Source: Candidatus Latescibacterota bacterium (GTDB lineage: Bacteria > Latescibacterota > UBA2968 > UBA8231). From it: a stretch of DNA of 64,000 nt. Below the pieces are notes generated by a model. That model was not told the origin of the DNA, did no database searches, and saw nothing but the letters and a program-made list of their open reading frames with translations. The stretch covers positions 256,001-320,000 of the forward strand of contig OZ252098.1 of NCBI GenBank assembly GCA_965248355.1, given 5' to 3'. Of this stretch, positions 1 to 8,582 are shown piece by piece; the stretch's first letter is position 1, and each line of letters opens with the position of its first letter. Made by a program: the position numbers and the translations under genes.

Positions 1-1989
1 CGGGTCTCGTGGTTCACCATGGCCTACGTGCTCTTCCGGCTCAACTCCGACTACGAGCGCCTGCCCTTCCCCTTCGCGCCCGTGGCCGCCCAGGGCGCCA
101 CGGCCCTGGCCGAGACCACCCAGGGTGTGGAATCGTGGCGCTGGAGGGTGTTCTCCGCCGGCGCCATGATCGGACTGGTCTTCGGAACCCTGTACGTGGC
201 GATCCCGGCGATCTCCGGCTCCCTGCTCACCAAGCCGATCCAGCTGATCCCCATCCCCTTCGTCGATTTCACCCAAGTCACGGGCAACTTCATTCCGGCC
301 ACGCCCCTCGGGTTCACCGCCCACCTGGGGCCGATCTTCGCCGGCCTCGTCATGCCCTTCTGGGGGGTCATGGGCACCTTCCTCGGCGTCGTCGCCCACT
401 CGGTGGCCAACCCGATCCTGTACGACCTCGGCTACCTCGAGATCTGGCAACCGGGCATGGGCGCCATCGAGACCTTCTTCGTCAACTCCGTCGACTTCTG
501 GATGAGCTTCGGCATCGGCACGACCATCGCCATCGCCCTCATCGGCGTCTGGCAGGTCTTCCAGGGTGTGCGCACCGCCAGGGCCGCCAGGGCCGCCGGC
601 GGGGTAGGCCGCACCTGGGCCGTGCCCGAAGGACGCGGCGATTTCCCCCTGTGGATCGCCCTGTCCCTGTACTCCCTGACCGCCGCCGGCCTGATCGCCA
701 TCGCCTGGATCTTCCTGCCCGCCTTCCACCAGTTCATCTGGTTCTTCCTGTTCTTCGGCTTCGTGCTGACCCCGCTCCAGTCCTTCGTGAACGCCCGTCT
801 CGTGGGCATGGTGGGGCAGACGATCGAAATCCCGTACGTGCGCGAGGCGACGATCATCTTCTCCGGGTACCAGGGCGTGGACATCTGGTTCATGCCCTTC
901 CCCCTGGGCAACTACGGCGCCCAGACCCAGAAGTTCCGCGAGATCGAGCTCACGGGGACCAAGTTCACGAGCATCATCAAGGCCGAGATCGTGATGGTGC
1001 CCATCGTCCTGTTCGCCACCTTCCTGTACTCCTCCTACATCTGGAAGCTGGCCCCCATCCCCTCGGCCTCGTACCCCTACGCCCAGGTCATGTGGCGCCT
1101 GCGGGCTCTCCAGACCTGCATCTGGTTCACGGGCACCCTGAGGAGCGAGCTGACGGAGTCGCCGGAGCGCAACAGCGCCACCTGGCTGCCGTCGAACCTG
1201 GTGGAAGGGGAGTGGTGGTACTGGCGCGTGCGCGCCGCCGACCGCCAGTGGATCGAGTCGCAGGGAAAGCGCGGGGAAGCCGGTCCCTGGTCCCCGAAGC
1301 GGGCCTTCTACACCCACTTCCGCGAAGGCCTGCCCGAGCACGTGCTGTCCATGCCGCCCGGGGCCCTGGAGGAGACGGCGCCGGCCGCGCCCGGCGGCCT
1401 GGGGCTGCGCGCCGAGGGGCCGGCCACGGTGAGCCTGCCGAACGCCGCGGAGCTGGTCCGCGACGCCGTGGCCTCTCCGGACCGCCTGCCGGAGCTGATC
1501 GAGGGCGACAGGCCGGTGATCGGCATCGCCACCACGCCGCGCCCGGCCCTGCGGGCTTCCAGCGGCCAGGCCCTGCCCGCCGGCTGGGAGTACTACTTCG
1601 CCGTCGATACCGATCCGAACTTCACCAGCCCCTGGCTCCAGCGGTCCAGCGACGAGCCCTGGCTGTTCCGGGCGATCAAGAAAGAGATCATCATCGCCGG
1701 GACCGTCGTCGGCCTGGGCAGCTACATCTTCCTGTCCGCCTTCGGGTTGCCGATCCTCCTCGTCTTCGGGTACGTGCGTGCCCTGACGACGATCCCCCAC
1801 TGGATGGTCACCGAGGTCATCGGCGCCCTGCTGGCGCGCTACTACTTCTGGAACAAGTACGGACGGCAGCAGTGGCGCACCTATGCGCCGGTCCTCGCCG
1901 TCGGCTTCGCCTGCGGCATGGCGCTCATGGGCATGGCGTCCATCTCCATCGCCCTGATCCAGAAGTCGGTATCGGTCCTCATCTTCTAG
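1..1989 (+). CDS. OPT-like (oligopeptide transporter superfamily) polytopic membrane protein, 5'-partial, with a ~170-aa soluble Fn3-like insertion
   Basis: Frame is open from base 1 (RVSWFTMAYVLFRLNSDYERLPFP). Many hydrophobic segments and motifs LPFPFAP, IPYVRE, IWFMP, PIPSASYPY, VGFACG typical of divergent OPT-like proteins. Strong GC3 bias in this frame. Confidence 0.7.
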   Translation, partial: RVSWFTMAYVLFRLNSDYERLPFPFAPVAAQGATALAETTQGVESWRWRVFSAGAMIGLVFGTLYVAIPAISGSLLTKPIQLIPIPFVDFTQVTGNFIPATPLGFTAHLGPIFAGLVMPFWGVMGTFLGVVAHSVANPILYDLGYLEIWQPGMGAIETFFVNSVDFWMSFGIGTTIAIALIGVWQVFQGVRTARAARAAGGVGRTWAVPEGRGDFPLWIALSLYSLTAAGLIAIAWIFLPAFHQFIWFFLFFGFVLTPLQSFVNARLVGMVGQTIEIPYVREATIIFSGYQGVDIWFMPFPLGNYGAQTQKFREIELTGTKFTSIIKAEIVMVPIVLFATFLYSSYIWKLAPIPSASYPYAQVMWRLRALQTCIWFTGTLRSELTESPERNSATWLPSNLVEGEWWYWRVRAADRQWIESQGKRGEAGPWSPKRAFYTHFREGLPEHVLSMPPGALEETAPAAPGGLGLRAEGPATVSLPNAAELVRDAVASPDRLPELIEGDRPVIGIATTPRPALRASSGQALPAGWEYYFAVDTDPNFTSPWLQRSSDEPWLFRAIKKEIIIAGTVVGLGSYIFLSAFGLPILLVFGYVRALTTIPHWMVTEVIGALLARYYFWNKYGRQQWRTYAPVLAVGFACGMALMGMASISIALIQKSVSVLIF

Positions 1990-2010
1990 CCCCTCACAAG
2001 CCAGGAAGTC

Positions 2011-3135
2011 ATGTCCGAGCGTGACGGGCTGCCGGCGGGGGAGGGCAGGGCGCCGGAAGGGACCGCCTCCGGGGCCGGATCCTCCTTGGCCCCCGGGGGC
2101 CGCCGCTACGACTTCGGCTGGCAGGGGATCCGGCTGTGTGTCCCGCAGGAGTGGGAGCTGGGAAAGGTCGACGGAGACGCGGCCAGCGGCTACGCCCGGC
2201 TCGACGACACGCGCATGGTGCGGGCCGAGATCGAGTGGCGGGCGCCCCCCAAGCGCGGCATGCGCCGGCCCGTGGAGGACCTGGTGGGCCGCTATATCGA
2301 CCAGTTGCAGAAGAAGGCGGACAAGGCGGGCATGAAGCTGCGCGTCGAACGACGCGCGAAGTTCCTCAAGGACAAGCGCTGGCTCGAGGGCAGCGAGTAC
2401 GAGACCTTCGTCTGGCAGGCGGACTACCGCGCCTACAACCTGGCCCGGGCCTGCCCGGTCTGCGGCCGCATCGTCCTGCTGCGGGTGCTGGCGGGAAAGG
2501 ACGACGGCGGCGCCGAGATCGGCCTGGTGAACGAGATCCTGCCCACCCTGGAGGACCACCCGCGCGGCGAGCTGCAGTTCTGGAGCCTCTACGGCCTCAC
2601 CTTTCACGTCCCCCCGGACTTTCAGCTCACCGAGAAGGAGCTGAAGTCGGGCCACGTGAAGCTGATCTTCGAGAAGGACGGGGGCGCACAGACCCTGCGC
2701 GTGCATCGCCTGAGCATGGCCCACATGCTGTTGAAGGATACGGGCATCATGGACTGGTACCCCTCCTTCTTCCGCAAGGACCTGCGCGACGTCAATCACG
2801 AGGTCGCCGAGGCCACCATACGCGGCCACCAGGGCCTGCGAGTCAGCGGCCGGCCTCAGAGCCGCTGGCGCCAGATCCTGCGGCCCTTGCCGTTCGTCAA
2901 CCCGAGGCCGAGGCGCCACCTGCGGGGCGTCGCGTGGCACTGCCCCGACCTGAATCGCATCTGCATCGTCGAGCACCTGTTCAAGAAGGTCGATCAGGCC
3001 GGCGAGATCCTCGACGAGGTCATGGACGGATATGTTTGCCACGAAGAAGAAGCCGCAGCTGACCCGGGAGGCGATGATGGAGTCGCGCCCGGCGCGCAAC
3101 GAGTTGCTGGCGTGGGAGGACACGGAGGAGGGTGA
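2011..3135 (+). CDS. Hypothetical protein with two tandem homologous domains
   Basis: AGGAAG upstream of ATG and coding-like codon bias. The two halves resemble each other. The last ~35 codons overlap the next gene. Confidence 0.75.
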   Translation: MSERDGLPAGEGRAPEGTASGAGSSLAPGGRRYDFGWQGIRLCVPQEWELGKVDGDAASGYARLDDTRMVRAEIEWRAPPKRGMRRPVEDLVGRYIDQLQKKADKAGMKLRVERRAKFLKDKRWLEGSEYETFVWQADYRAYNLARACPVCGRIVLLRVLAGKDDGGAEIGLVNEILPTLEDHPRGELQFWSLYGLTFHVPPDFQLTEKELKSGHVKLIFEKDGGAQTLRVHRLSMAHMLLKDTGIMDWYPSFFRKDLRDVNHEVAEATIRGHQGLRVSGRPQSRWRQILRPLPFVNPRPRRHLRGVAWHCPDLNRICIVEHLFKKVDQAGEILDEVMDGYVCHEEEAAADPGGDDGVAPGAQRVAGVGGHGGG

Positions 3136-3475
3136 GGTCCGGATCACGGTGACCCGCCAGGAGACCTGGAAGACGCGCCTGCTGTCGAAGGTCTTCTACA
3201 TCCCCGAGAAGCGGACCATCACCCTCGACGAGGTCGGCGCCCAGGTGTGGCAGATGTGCGACGGCCGCACCTCCGTGGCGCAGATGATCGAAGGCCTCCG
3301 GGACCACTACAAGCTCGACCGCAAGGAGGCGGAGGTCTCCCTCCTGTCCTATCTGAAGACCCTCGGCCAGAAGCGGTTCGTCGGGTTCCTCGTGGAGGGC
3401 GCCGGCAGGACGCCCCCCGCGGAAGGGGGTGGCCGGAGAGGCAAGGATGCCAGCGGCAAGAAGTGGAAACGGTGA
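3032..3475 (+). CDS. PqqD-family / RiPP recognition element (RRE) protein
   Basis: ITLDEVGAQVWQMCDGRTSVAQMIEGLRDHY...SLLSYLKTLGQKRFV matches the PqqD winged-helix pattern. Confidence 0.85.
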   Translation: MFATKKKPQLTREAMMESRPARNELLAWEDTEEGEVRITVTRQETWKTRLLSKVFYIPEKRTITLDEVGAQVWQMCDGRTSVAQMIEGLRDHYKLDRKEAEVSLLSYLKTLGQKRFVGFLVEGAGRTPPAEGGGRRGKDASGKKWKR

Positions 3476-3598
3476 GCGCCCCGCCCGCCCCGCGGGAAGG
3501 CCTGCGGTCCTTCTTCCGGACCTGCCGGCTCGAGGATCCGCCCTCTCCGGGACCCGCCGCCCTGGCGGGCCCGAACTGATGCCGGGCGGACCCCGGGT

Positions 3599-4204
3599 GT
3601 GAGAGCGGCGGCGGATCGATCCGGCCCCGGGACCGACAGGGCGGCGCGCTGGATCACCCATCTCCTCAGCCCGCCGGGCCTGGCCCTGGCCGTCTTCCTG
3701 TGGCTGCCCGCCGGTGAGGCCCCGCTGCCCTGGGTGTGGAGCAAGGCCCTGGCCATCCTCCTGTTCTCCATCGGCCCGGCCGCCCTCCTCGGCTCTCTGG
3801 CCAGGGGCCAGGGAGTGACCGACATCTACGATCCCCCCCGCCATCTGCGCAGGCGCTTCCTGATCGTGGGGACTCTCTGCTACGGCATCGGGTACGCGGT
3901 ACTGGAAGGGCTCCAGATGCCGCCGGACCAGCGCTGGGCGGCGGCCTCCTTCGCCGTCGGCGCCGCCGGGGTGGGGCTGGTGAACCGCTGGTGGAAGATC
4001 AGCATCCACAGCGCCGGCTCCGGCGGCGCCGCCGTGGTGGCGGCAACCGTCCTGGGAGCCCCTTGGTGGCCCCTCTGCGCGGCCCTTCCCCTGGCGGCGG
4101 CATGGGCGCGATGGCGTCGGGGTGCCCACTCCCTGGCGCAGCTGGTGGCCGGCGCCGGCTTGGGCGCCGCTGTCACCCTCCTGTTGCGAGCCTTCTTGAT
4201 GTGA
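3599..4204 (+). CDS. PAP2-superfamily-like membrane protein
   Basis: Hydrophobic protein with KISIH and WARWRRGAHSLAQLVAG (R-x5-H) motifs. Stop overlaps the recD2 GTG. Confidence 0.65.
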   Translation: MRAAADRSGPGTDRAARWITHLLSPPGLALAVFLWLPAGEAPLPWVWSKALAILLFSIGPAALLGSLARGQGVTDIYDPPRHLRRRFLIVGTLCYGIGYAVLEGLQMPPDQRWAAASFAVGAAGVGLVNRWWKISIHSAGSGGAAVVAATVLGAPWWPLCAALPLAAAWARWRRGAHSLAQLVAGAGLGAAVTLLLRAFLM

Positions 4205-6417
4205 GCGGTCCGGACCTCTTCGAGGGAGCCGGGGGCGCCGGCCGGGAGGACTCGGCCGCCGGGGGGGGTGTGCGTCTGAAGGGGTTGATCGACCACATCA
4301 CCTTCCAGAACCCGGAGAACGGCTACACCATCGCCCGGCTGCGGCCGGAGGGGGAGGGGGAGCCGGTCACCGTCGTCGGCACCATGGCCGTCTCCGCCGG
4401 TGAGAGCGTGCAGCTGGAGGGCACCTGGGACCGGCATCCCCGCTTCGGCCGGCAGCTTCAGGTGGACTCGTGCATCCCCGACTACCCGGCCACCGTCGAG
4501 GGCATCGAGCGCTACCTCGGCTCGGGGCTGATCAAGGGGATCGGCCCGGTGATGGCCGAGCGCATCGTGGCCCGCTTCGGCGAGTCCTCCCTCGAGGTGA
4601 TCGACACCCGGCCGCGGCAGCTGCTGGAGATCGAGGGGCTCGGGGAGAAGCGCGTGCGGGCCATCGCCGAGGCCTGGAAGGAGCAGCGCCGCATCCGCGA
4701 CGTCATGGTCTTCCTCCAGTCCCACGGCGTCGGCACGGGCCACGCCGTGCGCATCTACCAGCAATACGGCGAGGAGGCCATCCACAGCGTCCGGCAGGAT
4801 CCCTACCGGCTGCAGCGCGACGTGCGCGGCATCGGCTTCCAGACGGCGGACCGGATCGCCGGCGATCTCGGCATCGCCCGCGACGCGCCGGAGCGCGTGC
4901 GCGCCGGCCTCCGCTACCTGCTGGAGGAGGCCGCCGACGAGGGCCACCTCTTTCTGCGCCAGGACGAGCTGGCCTCGGGGGCCGCCGAGCTGCTCGGCGT
5001 GGACCCCGGATCCTTCCCGGAGGCGCTCTCGGCCCTCCAGGAATCAGGTGAGGTCGTCGTGGAAGGGCAGGACTGCTATCCCGGGCGCCTGCACCGGGCC
5101 GAGCGCGGCGTGGCGCTGGCCCTGCAGCGGCTCATCGCCTCCCCGGGACCGCCCGTCGCCCGCCGGACAGGGGAGGGGGACGCCGCCGGGGACGCATCCC
5201 TGGGCAAGGACCAGCGGTGGGCCCTGGACCAGGTGGGCGCGGGGAAGGTCCTGGTCGTCACCGGCGGTCCCGGAACGGGCAAGACCACGATCACCCGCCA
5301 GATCGTGCAGCGGCTGGAGGCCGCCGGCCTGCGGGTGGCCCTGTGCTCGCCCACGGGACGGGCCGCCAAGCGCCTGACCGAGGCCACCAGCCGCGAGGCC
5401 CGCACCATCCACCGGCTCCTCGAGTTCGCGCCCCGGGAGGGCGGCTTCCGCCGCCACGAGAACCTGCCCCTCGAGGCGGAGGCCGTCATCGTCGACGAGA
5501 GCTCCATGATCGACATCTCCCTGATGAACGCCCTCCTGCGCGCCGTTCCCGACGCCGCCCGGCTGATCCTGGTGGGCGACGCCGACCAGTTGCCCTCGGT
5601 CGGGCCGGGCCACGTGCTCGGGGACATCATCGACTCCGGCGCCGTGCCCGTGGCGCGCCTGCGCCACATCTACCGCCAGGCCGTGGACAACCTCATCGTC
5701 ACCAACGCCCACCGCATCAACGGGGGCGAGTGGCCGCGGATCGACAACCGCTCGGACTCCGGCTTCTACTTCGTCGAGGAGGACGACCCCGCCCGCGTGG
5801 CCGAGCGCCTCGTGGACCTGGTGGCGCGCCGGCTGCCGCAAGGCCGGGACCTCGACCCCATGCGGCAGGTCCAGGTCCTGACCCCGATGTACCGCGGCGA
5901 GACCGGCGCGGTGCAGCTCAACCGCCGGCTCCAGGAGCGGCTGAACCCGGGACGCAGGTCCCATACCGTCGGCGACCGCGAGCTGCGCGAGGGGGACCGG
6001 GTGATGCAGGTGCGCAACAACTACGACAAGGGGGTATTCAACGGCGACCTGGGCCGCATCGGCCGCCTGGAGACGGGGGAGGATTCCTTCGCCGAGGTCG
6101 TCTTCGACGCCGGCGGCGTGCAGCGCTACGAGCTGTCGGAGCTCGACCAGCTGAACATGGCCTACGCCATCAGCATCCACCGGGCCCAGGGCTCGGAGTT
6201 CCCCGCCGTCGTCCTGCCCCTGACGACCCAGCACTACCCGATGCTGCAGCGCAATCTCCTCTACACCGCCGTCACCCGGGCCCGGGAGCTGTTCGTCCTC
6301 ATCGGCAGCCAGCGCGCCCTGAGGCGGGCCATCGAAAACGACCGCCCCGCCCGGCGGAACACCAACCTGGCCGCCCGGCTGCGCACGGCCCTGGCCGGCC
6401 CGGAGGCCCCCGGCTAG
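4201..6417 (+). CDS. recD2: ATP-dependent RecD-like DNA helicase
   Basis: N-terminal ITFQNPENGYTI, HhH motif IKGIGP, Walker A GGPGTGKT, IVDESSM, VGDADQLPSVG, QGSEF, LLYTAVTRA. Start set at GTG 4201, which overlaps the upstream stop; GTG 4270 is an alternative. Confidence 0.95.
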   Translation: MSGPDLFEGAGGAGREDSAAGGGVRLKGLIDHITFQNPENGYTIARLRPEGEGEPVTVVGTMAVSAGESVQLEGTWDRHPRFGRQLQVDSCIPDYPATVEGIERYLGSGLIKGIGPVMAERIVARFGESSLEVIDTRPRQLLEIEGLGEKRVRAIAEAWKEQRRIRDVMVFLQSHGVGTGHAVRIYQQYGEEAIHSVRQDPYRLQRDVRGIGFQTADRIAGDLGIARDAPERVRAGLRYLLEEAADEGHLFLRQDELASGAAELLGVDPGSFPEALSALQESGEVVVEGQDCYPGRLHRAERGVALALQRLIASPGPPVARRTGEGDAAGDASLGKDQRWALDQVGAGKVLVVTGGPGTGKTTITRQIVQRLEAAGLRVALCSPTGRAAKRLTEATSREARTIHRLLEFAPREGGFRRHENLPLEAEAVIVDESSMIDISLMNALLRAVPDAARLILVGDADQLPSVGPGHVLGDIIDSGAVPVARLRHIYRQAVDNLIVTNAHRINGGEWPRIDNRSDSGFYFVEEDDPARVAERLVDLVARRLPQGRDLDPMRQVQVLTPMYRGETGAVQLNRRLQERLNPGRRSHTVGDRELREGDRVMQVRNNYDKGVFNGDLGRIGRLETGEDSFAEVVFDAGGVQRYELSELDQLNMAYAISIHRAQGSEFPAVVLPLTTQHYPMLQRNLLYTAVTRARELFVLIGSQRALRRAIENDRPARRNTNLAARLRTALAGPEAPG

Positions 6418-7154
6418 AGCCGCAGGCGCTTGAACAGCTCCTCCGGCACGAGCCGAATCAGAAGCAGGATCCAGCGCCAGAACCAGGGCGTGTAGACCAC
6501 GTTCCGCCGCCGCCGCCAGGCGCGCAGGATGTCGTCGGCCACCCGCTCCGGCGAGGCCACGAGGAACAGCCCCTCGCGGCCTTCCGTCATGGGTGTGTCC
6601 ACGAAGCCCGGCTTCACCGTCATGACGTGCACCCCGGCGGGCGCCAGCCGGTTGCGCAGGCCCTGCAGGAAGATGGTCAGCCCGCCCTTCGAGGCCCCGT
6701 ACACGTAGTTGGACTGCCGGCCCCGGTCGCCGGCGACGGAGCTCACGGCGATGAGGCCGCCCTCGCGCCGCTCCTCCAGGTCGTTGGCCAGGTGGCCGAG
6801 GCAGACGGCGGCGGCGGTGAAGTTGGTCATCAGGGTAGCCGTCATCTCCCCCGTGTCGTGCCGTGCCTCCTGTGGATCGCCGGAGTAGCCGAAGACGCAG
6901 ACCACGAGGTCGAAGGGCCCGGCGCCGTCGCGGACCCGGTCCGCGAGGCCGGCGTGGGTCTCCAGGTCGAGGGCGTCGAACTCGAGCAGGTCCACCTGCC
7001 GTTGCCAGCGCAGGCGCAGGTCGGAGGCCAACGGCTCGAGCCGGCTGCAGCGGCGGGAGGCCAGCACCAGGTCCCAGCCGTCGCCGGCCAGCCTGACCGC
7101 CAGGGCCTGGGCGATGGCGGAGCGGGCCCCGAGGAGGAGGGCGCGGCCGCTCAC
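6414..7154 (-). CDS. Short-chain dehydrogenase, DprE2-like
   Basis: LLLGARSAIA, SSVAGDRGRQSNYVYGASK (YxxxK), VKPGFVDTPMT. GTG start overlaps the stop of the upstream oxidase. Confidence 0.85.
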   Translation of the reverse strand: MSGRALLLGARSAIAQALAVRLAGDGWDLVLASRRCSRLEPLASDLRLRWQRQVDLLEFDALDLETHAGLADRVRDGAGPFDLVVCVFGYSGDPQEARHDTGEMTATLMTNFTAAAVCLGHLANDLEERREGGLIAVSSVAGDRGRQSNYVYGASKGGLTIFLQGLRNRLAPAGVHVMTVKPGFVDTPMTEGREGLFLVASPERVADDILRAWRRRRNVVYTPWFWRWILLLIRLVPEELFKRLRL

Positions 7155-8461
7155 GTCAGCCCCGTGCGGTCGGAGAGAGCCGAGCGGAAGCGGCCCTCCG
7201 GGTCGTAGCGCCGCCGGGCGGCGCGGAACTCGTCGAGGCGGGGGTACATGGCCTCGGTCTGCTCCGGGGTGAGGAGGGCGTCCTTGGCCAGGTAGACGCG
7301 GCCCCCGGCGGCGGCCACCGTGCCGGCGGCGGCGCCCAGGGCCTCCTCGATCCGCGAGGTGCGCGGGAAGTCGAGAGCCAGGGTGTATCCCGGCATGGGG
7401 AAGCCGAGGGGCCCGCCCGGGTGGTCGCCGAAGGTCTTGAGCACCGCCAGGGAGCAGGGCGCCGCCCGCCGGGTGCGTTCGATCACGTCCCCCATCACCG
7501 CCTCGCCGTCGTCGAAGGGGACGGCGAACTGAAACTGCAGGAAGCCCCGGGGCCCGTAGGCGCGGTTCCAGTGGGCCACGCCGTCGAGGGGATGGAAGTA
7601 GGGTCCGTAGTGGATCCGCCGGTGCCTGCGGCGCCGTAGCTGCCGCCGGTAGTAGAGTATGTTGAGCAGGCGCACGCCGGCGCGCCGCACCAGGTTGGCG
7701 GGCAGGGCGGGCAGCTTCCACCTCGGGTCCCGGTGCAGGGGGGACAGGGCCGGGCCTTCGGCGTGCTCGCCGAGCAGCACGTGGCCGCGCCCCCGGCGGC
7801 CGCCCCGGGCCAGCAGGTCGATCCAGGCCACGGAGTAGGGGTGCCGGTCCTGGGTCTCGCGCAGGAGCTGGCAGGTTTCCCGCAGGCCTCCCGTGCGCAG
7901 GCTGATGTTGTCGATGAAGGCGGAGCGCACCGGCGCCAGCCGCAGGGTGACGGCGTGGATCAGCCCGGTCAGCCCCATCCCCCCCAGGGTGGCCCAGAAC
8001 AGGTCGGCGCGGTCGGCTCGCGAGCAGCGCACCACGTCGCCGCCGGCGAGGACCATCTCGAGCTCGTCCACGAAGGCCCCGAAGGCGCCGTGGCGGTGGT
8101 GGTTCTTGCCGTGCACGTCGGCGGCGACGCAGCCGCCGAGGGTGCAGTGCCGGGTCCCCGGGGTGACCGCGGGGAACCAGCCGCGGGGGAGGGAGAAGCG
8201 GATCACGTCGTCGAGGGTGACCCCGGCCTGGGCCTTCAGGACCCCGCCCCCGGCGTCGAAGTCGAGGAGGTGGCGCAGGGGGACGGCCGACACCACGCGG
8301 TCGCCCAGGGCCGCGTCTCCGTAGCTGCGGCCGGCGCCGCGGCCGATGCCGGCGTGGGGATACCGCGCCAGCCGCCGCAGATCGTCGAGGTCCCGGGCGC
8401 GGTGGACGGCGCCGTGCATGCGCGGATAGCGCCCCCAACCGTGCAGTGGTTCGGTCTTCAC
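7151..8461 (-). CDS. FAD-binding oxidoreductase, DprE1-like
   Basis: GWGR, GAGRSYGD, VTPGT..CTLGGCVAADVHGKNHH, GGMGLTG, YSVAWID, WNRAYG..GFLQFQ, GGRVYLAKD. Start GTG 8461. Confidence 0.85.
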   Translation of the reverse strand: MKTEPLHGWGRYPRMHGAVHRARDLDDLRRLARYPHAGIGRGAGRSYGDAALGDRVVSAVPLRHLLDFDAGGGVLKAQAGVTLDDVIRFSLPRGWFPAVTPGTRHCTLGGCVAADVHGKNHHRHGAFGAFVDELEMVLAGGDVVRCSRADRADLFWATLGGMGLTGLIHAVTLRLAPVRSAFIDNISLRTGGLRETCQLLRETQDRHPYSVAWIDLLARGGRRGRGHVLLGEHAEGPALSPLHRDPRWKLPALPANLVRRAGVRLLNILYYRRQLRRRRHRRIHYGPYFHPLDGVAHWNRAYGPRGFLQFQFAVPFDDGEAVMGDVIERTRRAAPCSLAVLKTFGDHPGGPLGFPMPGYTLALDFPRTSRIEEALGAAAGTVAAAGGRVYLAKDALLTPEQTEAMYPRLDEFRAARRRYDPEGRFRSALSDRTGLT

Positions 8462-8582
8462 GCAGCCTTTGTCCCGGGAGCTGGATGGATGCGGCGGTCC
8501 TCCTCTTGTAGGTAACCCCTCGCCGGGGGCCTGGCAAGAAGCCAGGTAGCCCCTGGCCGGCGGGCCGAGTACATTCGATCGC

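Noticed and set aside
4261-4268. G8 homopolymer near the 5' end of recD2 as a phase-variation tract
   Set aside because: Short for this GC content, the frame is intact, and an alternative GTG start follows immediately.
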